Part shown: piece after piece, positions 16,925-27,200 of the stretch
Position numbering within the stretch: the first letter of the stretch is position 1
Layout of the letters: the number at the start of each line of letters is the position of its first letter
Source of the DNA: Candidatus Heimdallarchaeota archaeon B3_Heim
GTDB lineage: Archaea > Asgardarchaeota > Heimdallarchaeia > Hodarchaeales > Hodarchaeaceae
Length of the DNA stretch: 32,000 bases
NCBI GenBank assembly: GCA_003144275.1
Contig: NJBF01000005.1
Location: 30,001 to 62,000, forward strand
Direction of reading: 5' to 3'
Notes under the pieces: model-generated
Seen by the model: only the letters and a program-made list of their open reading frames with translations
Databases searched by the model: none
Told to the model about the DNA's origin: nothing
Translations under genes and position numbers: made by a program

Positions 16925-17926
16925 CTAGTATAACTGGACTAATGGTTTTGCTAATAATAGATAATGTTCTCTCAGGGTAAATTCAGCAATTTCTAAGATT
17001 TCTGATAATTTCTTTTGGGTCAGTACACCACGTCTACTTTGCCTTAAGTAGCACTCAGGAAAGACCTTATGCCTTGCTAATAGAATATCTGCTGCATTTA
17101 TCATTGCAGCAGCCAATATGAATGGATTCCGTCCACCTCGTTTTGTTAACGGGAAACGATTCAGCAATTGTTTTGCCACAACTTTTAGATACTGAAAAAA
17201 TTCCTCACGATTACTGGTCCTTTTTAGTATAGCACTTCTAAGAAGATAGTCTTTCTGAATTCTTCCTATTATCGCATCAAGGTATTCTTCAGACTTCACA
17301 TGCCTGACTCTAATCTTAACATATTGTCGTATTAAAGATGCTGATCTTATAATGTCTTTACCTGCTATTGAGTACCCGTTGATTTGTACTGCTTTTACTA
17401 GTCTATTTAACTCAATATTTTCTTTTCTTGTTCGTACCGCTAAATATAACGCTCCCATTATTAGGCAAGATAGCTTCATTTTCTTTTTTAACTGGAGGTG
17501 AACTTTTTGGAATAGAAAGAGGGTATCTGCTTTTGTAGCGTCGGTTAATTCAAGATTACTACAAACTCGGGATAATAAACTGAATCCTCTATATTCTCGC
17601 TGACGGCCATTGAAATGTAAGTAGATGTCATTTATTGACTTTAATCTCCGATATTGAAGTTTCTTTGCAAGCGCCAATTGGGTACCAGAGGAGTCCACAA
17701 AATTTTTTTTTTGAAAAGATCCAATAAATGTTCCTAGGGTTTTCATTCTGCTAGGTTGTTCGCTTATTGAGGCATACTGACTTCCATAGCTACCTTCGGA
17801 ACTTATTAGTTGAATAGGCGGTTTTTCATAGATTTGCTGGGCAATTAATCCACAATTTACACATACAACGTCCGAATCTGTTTGTATTAAATTTCCATTG
17901 CACTCTAGGCACTTATACTTCATCAT
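16925..17926 (-). CDS. Transcription initiation factor IIB (TFB) family paralog
   Basis: Zn ribbon CLECNG...VCVNCGLI at ATG 17926, two cyclin-like repeats (GRNPFILAAA) and a C-terminal HTH TQKKLSEILEIAEFTLREHY. Confidence 0.85.
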   Translation of the reverse strand: MMKYKCLECNGNLIQTDSDVVCVNCGLIAQQIYEKPPIQLISSEGSYGSQYASISEQPSRMKTLGTFIGSFQKKNFVDSSGTQLALAKKLQYRRLKSINDIYLHFNGRQREYRGFSLLSRVCSNLELTDATKADTLFLFQKVHLQLKKKMKLSCLIMGALYLAVRTRKENIELNRLVKAVQINGYSIAGKDIIRSASLIRQYVKIRVRHVKSEEYLDAIIGRIQKDYLLRSAILKRTSNREEFFQYLKVVAKQLLNRFPLTKRGGRNPFILAAAMINAADILLARHKVFPECYLRQSRRGVLTQKKLSEILEIAEFTLREHYLLLAKPLVQLY

Positions 17927-18173
17927 ATTCACAGGTAGAATACGATATATACTAATATCTAAACTAAATATAGAATGAGAGACATATATGAAAATGAAGC
18001 TCTTTGATTTTACCAATCAACAGGGCAAGCGTGCTAGTATACAGTTTCATTTATATTCAAACGAGAAGATGGGGGAGAATTATTATGAAAATATAAAAGG
18101 CAAACACCCCCCAAAAAAAAATAACTTAAAATGAATTATTTCCGCAAATGATAATGCTAGAGGAATAAAACTG

Positions 18174-18776
18174 ATGAAAAGACAAGTGGAAGGATCAAAA
18201 AAAGGAAAAAGATTTCCACCCAGAAATAAACAGGGAATAGGTAAAGTTCTTGTCTTAGATTATTACCCTCAGGGTAAATCATTAAGTCGGAGATCTGCTG
18301 AAGCTTATAATCCGTTGGCAGTTGTAATTTCGATCAATCGTTTGGCGTTTTTTGATATAATTCTTTCCAGAGGAAAAAATATTCAAGCAGGTCAAACGTT
18401 AGATGTTTCTGCAATAAAATCAGATTTATTAAAAATAAATAGAATAGGATTTAATGAATTATCAGATTCTGCTGTGGATATTCTTCCTGAAATGATTAAA
18501 AAAATCGTAATACTATCAGAATCCAGATTCATCAATTTTTTAAATCATGCTCGTCCATTAACTACTCAAATGCATCAACTTCAACTATTACCAGGCATAG
18601 GAAATAAACGTCTTTGGCAAATTCTTGAAGCACGAAGAAAAATAGAATTCAAAGATCTCGATGATTTCACAGAAAGAACTGGGATCTCGGATCCAATTGG
18701 CTTATTTTCAAATCGAATCCTACAAGAGATCCAGGGAAAAGAAAAATATCAGCTTTTTATCCAAAAACAGAAATGA
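18174..18776 (+). CDS. DUF655 family nucleic-acid-binding protein (COG1491)
   Basis: VLDYYPQG, FINFLNHARPLTTQMHQLQLLPGIGNKRLWQILEAR. It lies upstream of ksgA, the usual archaeal context. Confidence 0.92.
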   Translation: MKRQVEGSKKGKRFPPRNKQGIGKVLVLDYYPQGKSLSRRSAEAYNPLAVVISINRLAFFDIILSRGKNIQAGQTLDVSAIKSDLLKINRIGFNELSDSAVDILPEMIKKIVILSESRFINFLNHARPLTTQMHQLQLLPGIGNKRLWQILEARRKIEFKDLDDFTERTGISDPIGLFSNRILQEIQGKEKYQLFIQKQK

Positions 18777-18782
18777 TTTAGT

Positions 18783-19682
18783 TTGAACCGCTTCCACTTT
18801 CTAAACGAGGGTGACTTGAAGAATTACACTCAATCAATACTCACCGATTACGCTATCACTCCCCATAAACCACATGGTCAAAATTTTGTTGTTAAAAAAG
18901 AACTAGTTGAAAAGATCCTTTCATCTGCACAGATTAAAGATAATGAGACAATCGTAGAGATTGGGGGAGGTATTGGAACTTTGACCTACTATTTATTACA
19001 AAATGCAAAAAATGTTATAACTTATGAAATCGATCCGATATTGGCTTCTGTGCTTAAAAAAGAATTTTTTTCTTATAATAAGCGATTAAAGGTTATTTCA
19101 GGTGATTTTCTCAAAAAAAAAGATATTCCCAAAGGAAAAATCGTTTCTAATCTTCCATATTCAATTTCCTCCCCCGTAATATGGAAGATTTCAAATTTAC
19201 TTGATCCTCCCAAGGTAGTAGTACTTACCCTTCAGGAAGAATTCGCTAATCATCTGTGTGCAGAAGTAAGTACGAAGCAGTATAGCAGATTATCTGTCTT
19301 CTCATCTTATTTCTATAAATTTGAGAAAATTACTACTCTTTCATCTGATTATTTCTTTCCTAAACCTCAAGTATCTTCATGCCTTGTGCGAGGAGTACTC
19401 ATTGAATCATCAGATATCGTTAGAGAAAAATCATTTTTTGTTTTTTTAACGGCACTTTTCTGTCGAAAAAATAAGAAAGCACGTAATAATTTGATGGTCT
19501 ATCAAAAAAAGCTGGATTCTAGATTCAGAGTTAAATATCGAAATCTTCTCGATTCCCTAGAATTATCTCAAAAAAAGCCGATTCATATTTCACCTGATGA
19601 AATCGTAGCATTTTACTTAGATTACCGTCAGATGATTGAGGAGAATTTTGAAATTAAGAATTTCAGCGATTTTATTGAATAA
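18783..19682 (+). CDS. rsmA: 16S rRNA m6,2A dimethyltransferase KsgA/Dim1
   Basis: GQNF, VEIGGGIGTLT, YEID, VSNLPYSISSP, QEEFA, YSRLSV, PKPQVSS. Confidence 0.96.
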   Translation: MNRFHFLNEGDLKNYTQSILTDYAITPHKPHGQNFVVKKELVEKILSSAQIKDNETIVEIGGGIGTLTYYLLQNAKNVITYEIDPILASVLKKEFFSYNKRLKVISGDFLKKKDIPKGKIVSNLPYSISSPVIWKISNLLDPPKVVVLTLQEEFANHLCAEVSTKQYSRLSVFSSYFYKFEKITTLSSDYFFPKPQVSSCLVRGVLIESSDIVREKSFFVFLTALFCRKNKKARNNLMVYQKKLDSRFRVKYRNLLDSLELSQKKPIHISPDEIVAFYLDYRQMIEENFEIKNFSDFIE

Positions 19683-19950
19683 AAGGATAAATTAAGGGAA
19701 GTCCCGCAAAAAAAAATGGAACTGTAACAATCATAAATGTAATTCCTGTAGCTACAATATTTAACTCAATTTCTTTTTTATTCCGAACCATCCTATCCCC
19801 AAGACGAATTAATAACATTATAAGTGAAATCGCTCGGACTAACCAAGCGATTAAGACTAGCAAAGTCCATAAGATCTGATCTCCAGATTCGATAAGAAGT
19901 TGCCACCCTCTTATATAGTCGTCCCACTGGCTTAAATAGTAAATAAGCAT
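19672..19950 (-). CDS. Small hypothetical membrane protein (2 TM)
   Basis: 92 aa with two hydrophobic helices separated by RLGDRMVRNKK. Its stop overlaps the end of ksgA convergently. Confidence 0.6.
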   Translation of the reverse strand: MLIYYLSQWDDYIRGWQLLIESGDQILWTLLVLIAWLVRAISLIMLLIRLGDRMVRNKKEIELNIVATGITFMIVTVPFFFAGLPLIYPFIQ

Positions 19951-20535
19951 CTAAAACACCATGAACAAACCAATATAGTGTGTACAGTCTTACTTATAAT
20001 CTCCCAAATTCATTGAATAAAAACAAATAGTGGATTAAAAATCCCTTAAAAGATTTCATCTTGATGGATATGAAGTAGTTCTTTTAGATCAATCTTATCC
20101 TTTCTTTATCGATACAGAAAAGATGTTAAATGGATGGATTTGTGAAAAATAGTTGGGGTTGGTTTAGATGAAATCAATCACAAATCTCCCCTTTTCAGAC
20201 TACGTGTATTCTAGATGTACAAAGCTGCTTGAATTCTCTAACATTTGGAATTCAATTAAGAGATTATTAATTATGGTGTTCCGATATTATATTAATTAGC
20301 GAATGTTTCCATTAAATCGTCTTTAATTCATTTTAAACAGATAAAACACCAATTCACTCAAAAAGAAACCAGATACAGAAAAAAACATTTAAAGATAACT
20401 CAAGTGTTGCCAAACTGGACATAATAACGTAATTTTACCCTCATGACGGATAAAGAAGAATTATCCTCGTGTAATTTTACGTTCAACCTTAATAGATTAT
20501 ATTAAATTAACTAATTAAGCAGCAGGTGGACAATA

Positions 20536-21336
20536 ATGGAACTAGAGATAATAGAACAGCATGAGAATTATGTGAAGTTTGTTCTCTCTGGTATTACTCC
20601 TACTTTCGCAAATACCTTACGTCGACTTATAATAAGTGAGGTACCGACTATGGCGATCGATGAGGTAATTATCATTGAAAATACAACCCCTCTTTACGAC
20701 GAAATTGTAGCACATCGTCTTGGTCTCCTACCTCTTAAAACAGATCTAGCTAGTTACGATTTACCTACAGAATGTGAATGTGGGGGACAAGGCTGTACTT
20801 CATGTGAAGTATCGTTAACTCTAGAGGTATTAGGAGAAAAGGATATTGAAATTGTATATTCAAATAGCCTATTATCGCAAGATCCAAAAATTGCACCAGT
20901 TTTCCTGAACATCCCGATTTTGAAAATGGCAAAGAATCAAAAAATCTTTCTCGAAGCAATAGCAAGATTAGGGCGTGGAATGGAACATGCAAAATGGCAA
21001 CCAACATCTACAGTTTCATATAAATACTACCCAATTGTCAAATTCAATGAAAAAAACTGCACTTACTGCGGGGAATGCGTGGAAGTATGTCCTCGTGATA
21101 TAATTAAAATTGAAAATGGAAAAATTTACGCAGAAAATGTTATCAACTGCAGTCTCTGCAATCAATGTGTAGATATCTGTGAAACCGATGCTGTTTTTGT
21201 CTCAACAACAGGAACAGACTTTATTTTCACCGTGGAAAGCACAGGTGCTCTCAGTACGAAAGATATATTACTTAAGGCTCTCAAAATATTAAATGAGAAA
21301 GCAAACGAATTTAAAGTTTATGTTGAAGAATTTTAG
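20536..21336 (+). CDS. rpo3: DNA-directed RNA polymerase subunit Rpo3 (D)
   Basis: ANTLRR..ISEVPTMAID, ENTTPLYDEIVAHRLGLLP, EHAKWQP, and a ferredoxin-like insertion with two CxxCxxCxxxC motifs. Confidence 0.97.
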   Translation: MELEIIEQHENYVKFVLSGITPTFANTLRRLIISEVPTMAIDEVIIIENTTPLYDEIVAHRLGLLPLKTDLASYDLPTECECGGQGCTSCEVSLTLEVLGEKDIEIVYSNSLLSQDPKIAPVFLNIPILKMAKNQKIFLEAIARLGRGMEHAKWQPTSTVSYKYYPIVKFNEKNCTYCGECVEVCPRDIIKIENGKIYAENVINCSLCNQCVDICETDAVFVSTTGTDFIFTVESTGALSTKDILLKALKILNEKANEFKVYVEEF

Positions 21337-21344
21337 AAGGGATA

Positions 21345-21710
21345 TTGTTGAAAACAGGTACAAGAACTGACCCAAACAAAACTTCATTAATTAGATCAAT
21401 TAATCAGGTAGGGATACAGAACAAGGCGAATATTTGGAGAAGATTAAGTAAAGAACTCTCATCTGCTAACAGAAATCGCATTGCAATTAACCTATCTCAT
21501 ATTAATAGAGTGTCCTCTCCCGGGGATGTAATAGTCGTTCCAGGAAAAATCCTAGGAGCAGGAATATTAAGGCATAAATTGAGTATAGCCGCAGAAAGTT
21601 TCTCTGAATCTGCAAAAGAAAAGATTCTTTCAATAGGTGGTCAATGTCTATCGTTTGAAGAACTTATTAAGACCAATCCAAAAGGTACCAATGTTCGACT
21701 ACTGAAATAA
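21345..21710 (+). CDS. rpl18e: 50S ribosomal protein L18e (eL18)
   Basis: ANIWRRLSKELS, INLSHINR, VVPGKILGAG, NPKGTNVRLL. Confidence 0.96.
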   Translation: MLKTGTRTDPNKTSLIRSINQVGIQNKANIWRRLSKELSSANRNRIAINLSHINRVSSPGDVIVVPGKILGAGILRHKLSIAAESFSESAKEKILSIGGQCLSFEELIKTNPKGTNVRLLK

Positions 21711-21718
21711 CAAATGGA

Positions 21719-22165
21719 ATGAGGAAAATGAACGATATTACAATTGATGACTCAAAAATCATAAATGCTGAAGATACAATTATCGGACGATTAGCTAGTA
21801 TAGTAGCTAAACGATTATTATCTGGGGAAAAAATCATAATAGTAAATGCAGAGAAAGCCTTAATTTCAGGCAATCCTGGTTCAGTTGCTAAAAAATATCT
21901 CGATCGGTATCATATTAAAACGAAATCAAATCCTTTGCAAGGTCCCTTCAATCCTAGAAAACCTGACCAGATATTAAAAAGGACCGTAAGAGGGATGCTT
22001 CCATACAAAAAAAGCAGAGGTAAAGAGGCATACAAGCGGTTAAAGGTATTTAACAGCTTACCAGGATTATTTAAAGATCAAGAACTTGAAGTTCCAAGTG
22101 GTACTCTGCTTAACAACCCAAAATCCTCCTATATATCATTAGGAGAATTGAATAAAAAGATATGA
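21719..22165 (+). CDS. rpl13: 50S ribosomal protein L13 (uL13)
   Basis: INAEDTIIGRLASIVAKRLL, GPFNPRKPDQILKRTVRGMLP. Confidence 0.97.
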   Translation: MRKMNDITIDDSKIINAEDTIIGRLASIVAKRLLSGEKIIIVNAEKALISGNPGSVAKKYLDRYHIKTKSNPLQGPFNPRKPDQILKRTVRGMLPYKKSRGKEAYKRLKVFNSLPGLFKDQELEVPSGTLLNNPKSSYISLGELNKKI

Positions 22166-22175
22166 AGGGATTATT

Positions 22176-22577
22176 TTGAAAAGTCTACTACGAAGTGGAA
22201 AACGAAGAACGGCAATTGCTCGTGCAATAATCAAAGAAGGAAAGGGTAGAGTATTAATTAATGGTAAACCTATAGAGATTATTGAACCAGAATTTGTGAG
22301 AATGAAGTTACTTGAACCACTATATTTTCTGGATAAGAAAATCAAAAATAAAATTGAAATAAAGGTTAAAGTTAAAGGTGGTGGGTTTATGGGTCAGGCT
22401 GATGCCGCTAGAACTGCAATCGCTAGAGCAATTTTAGCTTGGACTGATTCGGAAGCATTACGTGTAAAATTCATGAATTATGACAGACATATGATTGTTG
22501 GTGATCCAAGAAGAAGAGAGCCAAAGCATTTCGGAGGCCCTGGAGCACGTGCAAAATATACAAAGAGTTATCGATAA
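22176..22577 (+). CDS. rps9: 30S ribosomal protein S9 (uS9)
   Basis: GKRRTAIARA, VKGGGFMGQADAARTAIARA, DPRRREPKHFGGPGARAKYTKSYR. Confidence 0.98.
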   Translation: MKSLLRSGKRRTAIARAIIKEGKGRVLINGKPIEIIEPEFVRMKLLEPLYFLDKKIKNKIEIKVKVKGGGFMGQADAARTAIARAILAWTDSEALRVKFMNYDRHMIVGDPRRREPKHFGGPGARAKYTKSYR

Positions 22578-22638
22578 TCCATAACCTTTATTTAATCAAG
22601 TATAACGAAGATAGATGTCATTTTAGTGGAATATTGTT

Positions 22639-22773
22639 GGGCCCATGGCTTAGCCTGGTTAAAGCGCTCGGCGTTCAGAAGTTTTTCTGGACGGGTGATG
22701 CTGATAACGCAACTGGTTTCCCAGGCTGCCGATAGAAACCGAGAGATCCCCGGTTCAAATCCGGGTGGGCCCA
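22639..22773 (+). tRNA. trnI: tRNA-Ile(GAT) with two introns (30/31: 22671-22699; 37/38: 22707-22737)
   Basis: Acceptor GGGCCCA/TGGGCCC-A, D arm GCTT-AGCCTGGTTA-AAGC, spliced anticodon arm CTCGG-CT-GAT-AA-CCGAG, variable loop AGATC, T arm CCCGG-TTCAAAT-CCGGG. The first intron forms a strict BHB (CGCT/GGTG). Confidence 0.94.
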
Positions 22774-22872
22774 CTTCCAACTTATTTGTTGAATAAGAGT
22801 CACTTTTTACCAATAATGTCCAAAAATTTCATTTTAGACTGTGACATTCCTTAATAACGTAATGACAATCCG

Positions 22873-24288
22873 TCACGCAATGTTTGTCCCGTGATTCAGT
22901 CTTTGATGAAGAGATTCTACAACTGAAAAGTGATTTCTCCCCGAATCTCCTTCAAAGCTATTAATTTCGAGTTGTTTTTGTATTAAAACATGCAATAATT
23001 TAATAATTTGCTTATCGAGATTATCAGAGTTGTAAGAAGCAATGAACTGTGCTAATAAACAATGGATTTGATGAAAAGACAGATGTCTTAGAAGATCAGA
23101 TAATATAGTGTCTTTTCTTTGATCGTCTTCACCATCAACAAGTTCACTAAGAAAAGTTGCGAAATTCTGATTGACTAAAAGTTTTTTACAAAAGCTTGCC
23201 CTATCAACGCAATTCTTTGTTTTAATTGCCTCATCCACTGAACTCCGAGAAATGTTACATAATTCCCTGCAAATTTGATTAAATTCCTGGTTAATTGAAA
23301 CAAAATTTGGTGAATCAGGATTATGTTCGCTCAGAGCGGCTAGAGGTGGTATGAATTTGTCAGAATATTCTACAGCATTATTTCCCACATTTATGGTATT
23401 TAATTTTTGTTGCAAGTTTGTAATTCCCTCATTATCCGAAATAGAGTTAAAACCAACAAGTTTATACCGAATTATTGCGCGTAAAAGAAGATTTTCTTCA
23501 ATTATGTCAGTAAAAAACATATTTCTATCGGTAAAACACATTCTCCCGAAAAAATCGAAAAATGATCCTTCTTCAAATCTAATGAAAGAATAGAGCTGGA
23601 TGGACTCAAATTTATTTGATTTTTCCTCAGAACTTGCTTGAGAATTATAATTTATGACATGTGTATAATTTTTCGGACTTTTTAAGGGAATGTTTTGTTC
23701 TTTTTCTGGAATGATCAAATAACGCCCTTGTTTTATCGTACGATAATCCCCCATCCTCTTAAGCGAATAATTTAGAAATCCTTCTTTTAGAGAAGAGGCA
23801 GTGAGTAGCAGTAAATTGGGAAAGATTGTATCAAGTAATGGTTTGGCCTCCTCTATGTACCTAGATAATTCAATTTTTGAATTTGAATAAAAAAACAATC
23901 TTAATCTATTATTAATTCCATCTATTTCAATTGAATACCTATTCAACCCATTTAATAAATCTACCCCCTCAACAAAAACATCTGATACTGAACTACACTC
24001 AAATATACTTAAGTACAAGTTGAATCGGGGAATGAATAGCACTTGCCCTTCTTTAATTGTCATTAGAGTTTTTTTTTTAGATGAAAATATATTCAGTTCA
24101 TAGAAAATCAACAGACATGCGATTGCAATGGGAATTATGTTTCCAATTATCAATGTGAACATGTAATTTGAGGAATATTGAGTTTCTTCAGAAAAAAAAA
24201 AGGTGAACATACTAATAATGAAAAGACATCCAATAAAAAAACTGAATAAAAATACTCTCCAGATTTGATTTTTTTCTCTCAAGATCAT
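22873..24288 (-). CDS. Hypothetical protein with two N-terminal TM helices
   Basis: 471-aa ORF, 10 nt downstream of the large surface-protein gene on the same strand. No recognisable motif. Confidence 0.75.
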   Translation of the reverse strand: MILREKNQIWRVFLFSFFIGCLFIISMFTFFFSEETQYSSNYMFTLIIGNIIPIAIACLLIFYELNIFSSKKKTLMTIKEGQVLFIPRFNLYLSIFECSSVSDVFVEGVDLLNGLNRYSIEIDGINNRLRLFFYSNSKIELSRYIEEAKPLLDTIFPNLLLLTASSLKEGFLNYSLKRMGDYRTIKQGRYLIIPEKEQNIPLKSPKNYTHVINYNSQASSEEKSNKFESIQLYSFIRFEEGSFFDFFGRMCFTDRNMFFTDIIEENLLLRAIIRYKLVGFNSISDNEGITNLQQKLNTINVGNNAVEYSDKFIPPLAALSEHNPDSPNFVSINQEFNQICRELCNISRSSVDEAIKTKNCVDRASFCKKLLVNQNFATFLSELVDGEDDQRKDTILSDLLRHLSFHQIHCLLAQFIASYNSDNLDKQIIKLLHVLIQKQLEINSFEGDSGRNHFSVVESLHQRLNHGTNIA

Positions 24289-24298
24289 TATAGTTAGC

Positions 24299-27200
24299 TC
24301 ACAGAATAGAAGATTGTCTTTTTCTTATGAACTTAAAAGCCAAAATTGCACAAATTGACATTAGAGAGAATAACGATGGGAGGAATAACGAAGGATCTAG
24401 TTTCTCTCTCATAGGTTGGGATTCCAATTCAGATTTCAAATCAATATTAAAGGAATTTTCATTCCCAGCCCAATCTGATATTATAACTTTAATCACCCCA
24501 AATTGAGAATTATTTCTTGGAAGTTCAATCAGATGATGATTTGTGTTTAAAACCGATGAATTATACTGAATTCCGAGATATTCACCGATTATTCTTTGGA
24601 CTCCTGATCCTGACTCAGGTTCAGCTGTGATTATATGAAGATTGATAGTTTCGTCGTGGGATTCAAGATAAAAAGAATAATCAGGAGGATAGGGATCAAT
24701 GATAGTAAAGAATTGTCCAAGACTTGTAGAAATGGCTCCATTTGGGAAATTTAACTTCAAGGTTACAAAAACAGATGAATTCCATTTGAATCTTGGAAAA
24801 AAGGCTTCTACAATAAATGTGTTATTCGTAAGGGGAATTATAGTTGTATTTCGACACTCAGATCTAGATTGGTTCGAAATTGTATACGAAACCGAATAGG
24901 AAAACTCGCTGGAAGAAGTGAATCTCCATTTTCCAGTGATAAAGGCGTCATATGCATAATTCTCCTCAAAATAAGTCAGTATTTCGATATTAGGGATATC
25001 AAATTGGATCTCAAGATAGTAGTGGACAATTATCCCATTAATAATATTTAAGAATTTTAAGTGAATATGTGTGTCTATTAGTTCGACTTCAAACTTATTT
25101 GTAATATCTCTTTTAAGAAAATCTCGTAAAATGATTTTACTCAAAGGAAAATCGAGGAAATCCAAATCCAATACTATTGTATAATTAGAAATTGTAGAAC
25201 TCGAGAAACTTTCAATATGTAAATCATAACTCGAAACGCCTTGCGAGACTGAAAAAGTAACAGACGGCCCCAGAAATTCCACGATTAAAGTATCATTATT
25301 CGTCGGAGAACTGACAAGATCCCAAGTAATTAATTGATCTGTGACTTCAATCTCTAAAACAATATTATTTCTCATTAAAAAGGCAGAAATTGGAGTACCT
25401 TGATAATTATCATGGGAAACAAACCATTGAGAACCATTAGTAGGATACATAACTTGGTAAATATAAAAAAAACTCTTATTACTGACTATCGAAGTTTTCA
25501 TAATTTCATCGAGATATGGATGAATTCTGTCAGTCTCGGTAGAATCATTAGATATTGAGATTGTAAAGGTATTCATCTTAAGTATGATATTTTCTAATTT
25601 CGCAATGATTATTAGATTTAAAAGGTTTGATGTATGGTAATTTCTAGATGATATAATGACGTCAGCATACCCAAAATCATTAGTTGGACACTGATGAATC
25701 AAGGTACTGTTAACCCAGATCGTCAAATCCACCCCGGATAAGGGCCAATTCGTACCGCCCTCTTGTGGACTTATAAATACATTTACTCGCAAAGAAAGAT
25801 TACTATCAGGATTTTGTACATCTGGAATCCCTTGAATATCCCAATCAACAACTATGGGGTAAATCGTTATATTCATGTATTTTGATGCAAAAAAATCTCC
25901 ACCATTTGACGCAATAATAGTGAGATTGCTCTGTTGTGGTGGCCAAACGACATGGTTTAATGTGAGATGGAAAAATCCATTGATAGATTGACTTAATTGA
26001 TGGATAAACTCTCCCATTACTAGAATAACCATTGTTGACTCTTCTAAATATTTTAGTCCATTCTTTTCCAGTGAGAGGTTCAGAAAGATAGGATCGTATT
26101 GGTATACCTCAAGAGCTTCAGGTGTGAAGAGATTGATACGGGCGGAGGTTTCCTCCCCCGAGTGAATGTGAAGTATTTGCTGATATATTCCAAACTGATA
26201 ATTAGAAGACAGATTGATTAGTAGAGTAATGACTCCTAATGGATAAATATCATCAATACTTATCATGGAAAATATGAAACTACCATTCAACAAACAGATC
26301 GTAGTATCATGATGAAAAACTGTATTATTCATTAAATAGAGATGCAAGACTCCTGTAGTTGGCTGTAATAAACTTCCTAGAATTTGAATCTTCTCATAAT
26401 ATGAGACAATGGTTGGACCTTCAATATTTTTTATATAGTTTGGAACCCAGCTTTGTAATAAAAAAGTCTCAAGATTTTGAATCGAAAAACAATATAATTG
26501 ACCAGTCAAATTATCAGAGGGGATTTCTAAAAGTCCTAATGTTTCAAAAGGTATTGAACTGTTTCTACCATTGAGGAGGATCCAATCCAAGGGAAGAGTT
26601 ATGAATAATCGACTAGAAAGAGTCTGAGAAAAAAGTTGGGGAATAGATAGATTCAAATTGACTCGCATAAAAGTGTTATTCCAACTAATCAGTTGGGGTC
26701 TAGTAAAAACTTCAATACTTCGTGTTATAACAATATTGAACATCGTTATCTGGTAATTATACCACAAAGTATTTTCTCTGGCTTGAAGTGAGATATTACT
26801 ACCAAGAAATTCATATTTCAGACTTCCATTTTCACTCTGAATTTCTGTTTCGTCAATAGTGTATATTACTGCACTTTCATTAGGAGACAATATAGTAGTA
26901 TAATTAATCACCTTAAGGTCTAAACTAATGTGAAATTTAGGAACAAATGCAAACATATAGCAAAACACGGTTTCTAACCGAGAGAACAAAGAATATTCGG
27001 AGGGGAGGAAATATTGCGTAATTAAATGTGTAATATTATAATTTTTGAAAATCCAATCAGATTGGTCCGTTTCATTACACAGAATATATAATGAATTGGT
27101 ACCAGGTTTGTAAACATTCTCCTCAACAGGAGTTCCGAAATAACTACCTTTGTCAGCAATTATGAAATTTAAAGAGGCATCATTGAACCTTAGTTCCAAA

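Noticed and set aside
17927-18016. N-terminal extension of the TFB ORF
   Set aside because: The Zn ribbon begins right after ATG 17926/17923; the extension is low-complexity promoter-like sequence.
20030-20290. Short open stretches in the spacer before rpo3
   Set aside because: No start codon or recognisable motif; cannot distinguish a relic from chance.
20765-22345. Minus-strand ORFs 20765-21007, 21667-21873 and 22139-22345
   Set aside because: Antisense to rpo3, rpl18e, rpl13 and rps9.
22592-22813. 73-aa minus-strand ORF (VGPPGFEPG...)
   Set aside because: Classic antisense translation of a tRNA, here tRNA-Ile.
23351-26574. Plus-strand ORFs 23351-23593, 24699-24899, 24869-25051 and 26359-26574
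   Set aside because: Antisense to long minus-strand genes.
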